DNA from: an uncultured virus (IMG/VR IMGVR_UViG_3300025120_000026)
Lineage: Duplodnaviria; Heunggongvirae; Uroviricota; Caudoviricetes
Virus record (IMG/VR): IMGVR_UViG_3300025120_000026
Length of the DNA: 64,000 nucleotides
Reading direction: 5' to 3' (one strand)
In this document: positions 59,866 through 64,000 of the stretch, piece after piece
Layout of the letters: the number at the start of each line of letters is the position of its first letter
How positions within the stretch are numbered: position 1 is the stretch's first letter
The notes under the pieces: generated by a model
Databases searched by the model: none
What the model was told of the DNA's origin: nothing
What the model saw: the letters and a program-made list of their open reading frames with translations, nothing else
Position numbers and translations under genes: made by a program

Positions 59866-60728
59866 AACCAACTCTCCGTATTGGCCGCATCACAAATACC
59901 AAAGTAACTACATGAAGCACATGTTCTTGCAAAGTATTTTGCAGGAAAGTTTTTATTTTCATATGCATGAACTAGTTCTGCTAAGCCTTTTTTAACTGCG
60001 TTTGCACTAGTAGTTTTAACTCCTTCAACATATACATAATTTGATGCAGGATAATACCAAGACCAATGTGTTATTGGAATATTATTATCTAATTTATTTT
60101 CTAATAGTTGTTCTTCTTCTGCATTTTCAAATAGTAATTTATAGAAAGCCATTTCTTTTCTCATCATAGTTGTTTTATAATCTTTCCAAGGGCCAGTTTT
60201 TAATTCCATAGGAATATAGGCTTGACCATCTTGAAACATTCTATCTATAATTCCTTGAAGATGTACAACATAATCTCTTTGTAGTGGAAACTTAGGGTTA
60301 TCATTTCTACCTATTATAATTTCTGCATCTAACATCGCTTCATTAACTACAGGTAAGAATTGATTTGTCTCTTCAGTCTTTACTGATTCTAAAAATCTGT
60401 TAGCCTCAAAGACAGACATAGTTTCATACATATCAGTATTCTCATCTATGGGATACAAACTCATACAATAATCTACTAACTCACTTTGAGTTAATGTCTC
60501 TGCCTTCTTAATATCAAACTGATTAAAGAAATCTTCTCTTGCATTATGTATTATAGTGCCTTTCCACATAGCATCAGAAGTTTCTTGTGGTAATCTTTCT
60601 ATATATGCAAATTCATACTTCTTTGGACACCACTGAAAAGAACCAAAAGAAGATTTTGTTATCTTTAATATTGGTAACTCCTCATTATCTGCGTTATCTG
60701 CATTCCATTTATATGTATATTCTTTCAT
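59862..60728 (-). CDS. Cas4/RecB-like PD-(D/E)xK nuclease with Fe-S cysteines
   Basis: WCP, KGTIIH, GIIDR, MELKTG, CASCSYFGIC; start ATG 60728. Confidence 0.85.
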   Translation of the reverse strand: MKEYTYKWNADNADNEELPILKITKSSFGSFQWCPKKYEFAYIERLPQETSDAMWKGTIIHNAREDFFNQFDIKKAETLTQSELVDYCMSLYPIDENTDMYETMSVFEANRFLESVKTEETNQFLPVVNEAMLDAEIIIGRNDNPKFPLQRDYVVHLQGIIDRMFQDGQAYIPMELKTGPWKDYKTTMMRKEMAFYKLLFENAEEEQLLENKLDNNIPITHWSWYYPASNYVYVEGVKTTSANAVKKGLAELVHAYENKNFPAKYFARTCASCSYFGICDAANTESWL

Positions 60729-61609
60729 TAAAACCACTCCACTAATGTTTTTTGTTTGCTATCTCTCATTACTTGTTTAATGTCCCAATTCATTGCATTG
60801 AATATTGGCTCTGCTTTCTTTACTACAGTTTCAGCATAGAAATCCCAATGTGGAACATACTTTTCAAAGTCTACTTCCTTAAGTTCTGCTACAAAATTAG
60901 GTTTTAACCATTCACCTTTGATAGGATGAAAGTATTTCTTAAGATGACTATTATTAATCTTAAGATAAAGATGAGAATCATCTATAGGTATTTCGTTATT
61001 ACTATTATAGTACAATACTCCTTCTACATTGCTTCCTATTGTCGGACGTTTACCTTCACTAGTCTCTAGAACTGGTTGACCACAACAAGTTTTCTCATTA
61101 CGACTTAAATCGTTTAAGTCAGAAGTTCTCTTACATGTTTTACATACTACTGTAAATCTAGCAGGTCTATATCTACTACGTTTTATAATTTCAGACTTAG
61201 AAATCTTTCCAAATCTAACTTTTTCATATGTATCATTTAAATAAGTAACAATATCTTCTTCAGATTTCCCATTGACCCACATTTTTAATGTAGTTATTTG
61301 TACTTTCTTTGCTAATTTAGTTTCGGAAACTCTCTTAGCAGTAAATCCAGTCATAGTAAATTCCATTTCTTCTAAATCTTTACCTTCTTTCCAAGTAATT
61401 AGTCCTGCATTTCTATTCTTAGTTGCTCCAACTCCTAAACTATGAAAGTATTTCTCAAATTCTAAGGTTACAGGATGTTCTTCTAAACCTAAAAGATTAG
61501 GAAAGATAGTTCTTACATGGTCATTAATAATCTTTACAGTTTCTTTAGCAGTTTCTAAATTATCTATTTGTACATAGATAGAATCTGTATGTCCATAAAC
61601 TACTTTCAT
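60728..61609 (-). CDS. polB: Family B DNA polymerase, C-terminal part (motif C, thumb, PIP box)
   Basis: Starts MKVVYGHTDS at ATG 61609 with GGAGG RBS; LEFEK, KNRNAG; C-terminal PIP box QKTLVEWF. Confidence 0.88.
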   Translation of the reverse strand: MKVVYGHTDSIYVQIDNLETAKETVKIINDHVRTIFPNLLGLEEHPVTLEFEKYFHSLGVGATKNRNAGLITWKEGKDLEEMEFTMTGFTAKRVSETKLAKKVQITTLKMWVNGKSEEDIVTYLNDTYEKVRFGKISKSEIIKRSRYRPARFTVVCKTCKRTSDLNDLSRNEKTCCGQPVLETSEGKRPTIGSNVEGVLYYNSNNEIPIDDSHLYLKINNSHLKKYFHPIKGEWLKPNFVAELKEVDFEKYVPHWDFYAETVVKKAEPIFNAMNWDIKQVMRDSKQKTLVEWF

Positions 61610-61746
61610 TATTCTTCCTCCTGTTGGAGTTGTCGTACCGATAGGAATATTGCTTGCCAAGTATCAAAATCCATTGTATGAGGAATATCTTTTGATAGTC
61701 TACCATGCATGTATAACTTTTCCATATGTCTTTTCATTCGACTCAT
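61609..61746 (-). CDS. 45-aa microprotein inside the split polB (not in ORF track)
   Basis: MSRMKRHMEKLYMHGRLSKDIPHTMDFDTWQAIFLSVRQLQQEEE; GGGGTGAG RBS. Confidence 0.6.
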   Translation of the reverse strand: MSRMKRHMEKLYMHGRLSKDIPHTMDFDTWQAIFLSVRQLQQEEE

Positions 61747-61869
61747 CTACTCACCCCTACATGGACATGCTAACATTGTTCCAGTAACTAACGTTCCACA
61801 AGCGTCACAGGTGAATGCTCCATTTTTTCTACTTTGTATTGGTCTTATACTTACATTTATTTTACTCAT
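61747..61869 (-). CDS. 40-aa Cys4 zinc microprotein (not in ORF track)
   Basis: MSKINVSIRPIQSRKNGAFTCDACGTLVTGTMLACPCRGE; GGGAG RBS, ATGA overlap. Confidence 0.62.
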   Translation of the reverse strand: MSKINVSIRPIQSRKNGAFTCDACGTLVTGTMLACPCRGE

Positions 61870-62003
61870 TTTAATTTCTCCCTAGATAGACGTACACATC
61901 TTGCACATCGTGTTACTTCTCTTTTTGCTAATCTAAATTTTTTACCACATAAGATACAATTTCTTACTATTGGTATGTTTAAATATTCTTCATGAGACAT
62001 CAT
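61866..62003 (-). CDS. 45-aa Cys4 zinc microprotein (not in ORF track)
   Basis: MMSHEEYLNIPIVRNCILCGKKFRLAKREVTRCARCVRLSREKLK; AGGAG RBS, ATGA overlap. Confidence 0.68.
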   Translation of the reverse strand: MMSHEEYLNIPIVRNCILCGKKFRLAKREVTRCARCVRLSREKLK

Positions 62004-62125
62004 AGTTTGACTCCTTTGTTACGTCTTTTACAAGTAGCACAAACATCATGTCTGTTTACTCCTATTCTAAATATCTTAGAACAGACTTTACAAACTTTAG
62101 TTTCTCTTTTCTTTGTTGCGGCCAT
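62000..62125 (-). CDS. 41-aa Cys4 zinc microprotein (not in ORF track)
   Basis: MAATKKRETKVCKVCSKIFRIGVNRHDVCATCKRRNKGVKL; TAATG coupling to the polB N-part. Confidence 0.68.
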   Translation of the reverse strand: MAATKKRETKVCKVCSKIFRIGVNRHDVCATCKRRNKGVKL

Positions 62126-63765
62126 TATAATTCCCTCGCTTTAAATGCGGCACTTCTAATTGCTTCTCTAGCACTAGCAGTTATACTAGCGGCTAAGTCA
62201 ACATCTGCCCAACCAAATCCTTGGTATGCTAATACACCGTAGAAGGAAGCCATTAATCTTTTAACTGCCATCTGATTAGAATCCCACTTATTGTATTCTT
62301 CTTCAGAAGTAGAGTTCTTTCTATTTTGTTTATATGAATCTCTTAATGTTTTAAGATTAAGAACTGACTTTGGTAACATACCTAACTTATCTGTATTGTA
62401 ATACAACATATCTTCATTAGAGTTTTCACTAAAGTCCTTAGGTGTGCTAAGATTTACTGCGAACGATGTGGGTTCTATACTTTTTGTTTCCCAACTAATA
62501 TTTCTAGCCACCATCATTGATGGGTAAAGACCTGCAAAATCAAAGGCCGCTACACCCCAATGCAAGCCATTTGTGGCCTCGCTTAGTGGGTCATAGACCA
62601 TTGCGCCATCGTAGTCTTTTCGACCCGTTTTTCTGCCCGTTGGGGCTTTCCAATGAGCAGTTCTTGAAAAGTAAATCGTACCCATATTACTCGCATAAAA
62701 ACAAGCATCGAATGGAGCGACTAATAATTTTTGTAAAGATAAAATTGAATCAGTAATATTCATCTTATTATCTAAATCAGATATAAGTTGAGTATCTTTA
62801 ATTGCATACTCTATATATGTTTCATTATCTTCTATCCATCCTCTAGCAAAGAATTCATTCTTATCAGGAAACTTAGTACTTACTAACTTCTTATTACCTA
62901 GTATAGTTTCAGATACATAATCTAAAGCCATTGATGGTAACGTTCCTCTCTGTGAATCATTCCATTGTCTTTCAAATGCTAAGTCTAATGGTACTACTAT
63001 CCTACCTTTTATTGGTTGACTTACCGGAGAGTATCTATGTATGATTTCTGTATTACATTTTATAGTACCTTTTACATTAGATACTCCTGTTATCTGAGAG
63101 TAAGGTGAAATTCTTCTAATGTCTATACCATTAGCCACCGCTCTCTCAATTAACTTAGGTATGTCGAACTTCCAACCGAACCAAGATATAATCATATCAG
63201 CATCAGAAGATACAATCTTATCTAAGAAGTCATTAATTACATCTGCTTCACTACCTTCATTAGGTAACCAAGTATAACAGAAATCTTCTCCATCAATCCT
63301 ACAAGTAATACAAGTAATCTGTTCGTCAAATTCTCCACCTTGCATCCATTCCATATCAAAATATAACTTAGTTAAGTTATACTCTTTAATAGAATCTATA
63401 TTATCTATAGCATAGCGATATTCATGTTTAACGTCTGCTTCATAAGTTGGATTAACTAAGTCTTCATTACCTTGTTTCTCAAAGTATCTACGAACATTAT
63501 ACGCATATCTACTATGATTAGGTTTCCAACTAACCTTTACTAAAGAGTCACCTTCTAAGTCTTTGTAACTATCATCTGTTTCATAACTTAATTCTAAATC
63601 AAATCTTCCCCATTTATCTTTAATTTTAATTTTATTAGGTTTAATTTGATGTTCATGTATATAAAAATAAGATGGGTACTCGGAGTACGGTATAGTTTTT
63701 ATTATTCTTTTACCGTCCTCCTTGTAACTCAATCCTATTCCTGTTTCTATTTTATTAATAATCAT
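62125..63765 (-). CDS. polB: Family B DNA polymerase, N-terminal part (exonuclease, motifs A and B)
   Basis: ExoI YFDME, ExoII WFGWKFD, ExoIII YAIKD, motif A FDFAGLYPS, motif B QMAVKRLMASFYG. Confidence 0.9.
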   Translation of the reverse strand: MIINKIETGIGLSYKEDGKRIIKTIPYSEYPSYFYIHEHQIKPNKIKIKDKWGRFDLELSYETDDSYKDLEGDSLVKVSWKPNHSRYAYNVRRYFEKQGNEDLVNPTYEADVKHEYRYAIDNIDSIKEYNLTKLYFDMEWMQGGEFDEQITCITCRIDGEDFCYTWLPNEGSEADVINDFLDKIVSSDADMIISWFGWKFDIPKLIERAVANGIDIRRISPYSQITGVSNVKGTIKCNTEIIHRYSPVSQPIKGRIVVPLDLAFERQWNDSQRGTLPSMALDYVSETILGNKKLVSTKFPDKNEFFARGWIEDNETYIEYAIKDTQLISDLDNKMNITDSILSLQKLLVAPFDACFYASNMGTIYFSRTAHWKAPTGRKTGRKDYDGAMVYDPLSEATNGLHWGVAAFDFAGLYPSMMVARNISWETKSIEPTSFAVNLSTPKDFSENSNEDMLYYNTDKLGMLPKSVLNLKTLRDSYKQNRKNSTSEEEYNKWDSNQMAVKRLMASFYGVLAYQGFGWADVDLAASITASAREAIRSAAFKAREL

Positions 63766-63766
63766 C

Positions 63767-64000
63767 TCAATACCTCAAGTATGGTGCTTTAACTAACACC
63801 CTACTTGGAGAGGTTAGTAATATTGGACAGTCATCTTTCATATGAATTTGAAAGACTCCTTTCATAAATTTATGAAATGCTCCTGTAAATTCTACAGTAG
63901 CACTTTGTCCTGCACAATGTATTGTAGGAACAACCATAGTAAAAGTTTCTGTTTCACTTCTATTTGAAGAGATAGATAATCTTTCTTCCTGTACATAATC
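63767..64000 (-). CDS. 3' end of probable PCNA-like sliding clamp (truncated by the window)
   Basis: ...FQIHMKDDCPILLTSPSRVLVKAPYLRY resembles the PCNA C-terminus (D.P.....LAP); adjacent to a PIP-box polymerase. Confidence 0.6.
   Translation of the reverse strand, partial: DYVQEERLSISSNRSETETFTMVVPTIHCAGQSATVEFTGAFHKFMKGVFQIHMKDDCPILLTSPSRVLVKAPYLRY

Noticed and set aside
59862..60728. Cas4-like gene as evidence of a CRISPR-Cas system
   Set aside because: No cas1/cas2 and no repeat-spacer array seen; solo Cas4-like nucleases are common in viral replication modules
5407..61660. Longest-ORF starts in the track (5407, 10631, 17729, 29536, 51208, 55998, 59703, 60737, 61660)
   Set aside because: Each overlaps an RBS or an upstream gene; downstream ATGs with proper RBS spacing or stop-start coupling fit better
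61610..62124. Split intein or intron within polB
   Set aside because: No intein terminal motifs on either half, each half has its own stop or RBS/start, and the gap is tiled by RBS-bearing ORFs; splicing is not formally excluded
55188..62756. Plus-strand ORFs overlapping replication genes (55188, 57695, 59222, 59732, 62048, 62517)
   Set aside because: Antisense shadows without recognisable features; 62517-62756 coincides with the GC-rich patch, which makes an open frame more likely by chance

Overview
This window is 64 kb of an AT-rich tailed dsDNA virus genome that almost certainly infects an archaeon. Its gene content and GGTGA/GAGG-type ribosome-binding sites best match the marine magrovirus type (inferred host: Marine Group II/Poseidoniales); this assignment comes from motif recognition, not a database search. 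The + strand (1-54384) is one tightly coupled morphogenesis region. It holds large orphan proteins, a GNAT acetyltransferase, terminase large subunit, a LAGLIDADG-domain protein, portal, an ATP-dependent DNA ligase, prohead protease/scaffold and major capsid protein. It continues with an Arf/Sar-like small GTPase plus membrane proteins, neck and tail-tube genes, a tail chaperone with a -1 frameshift, a short tape measure, very large tail-tip and fibre proteins, and three LamG paralogues. The - strand (54385-64000) is a replication region: PCNA-like clamp (partial), a family B polymerase split in two with four unannotated microprotein genes in the gap, Cas4-like nuclease, PriS-PriL-type primase, ERCC4 nuclease, MCM-like helicase, DEDD exonuclease and micro-ORFs. 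The best novelty candidates are: (1) a five-gene small-GTPase/membrane module in the late region; (2) a terminal W-x-x-I-(L/H) peptide shared by the scaffold C-terminus and several unrelated proteins, suggesting a capsid cargo-loading tag; (3) the split PolB with a zinc-microprotein cassette; (4) a ligase with a degenerate LigD-phosphoesterase-like domain inside the head module. I saw no tRNA, rRNA, CRISPR array, integrase or tail sheath.
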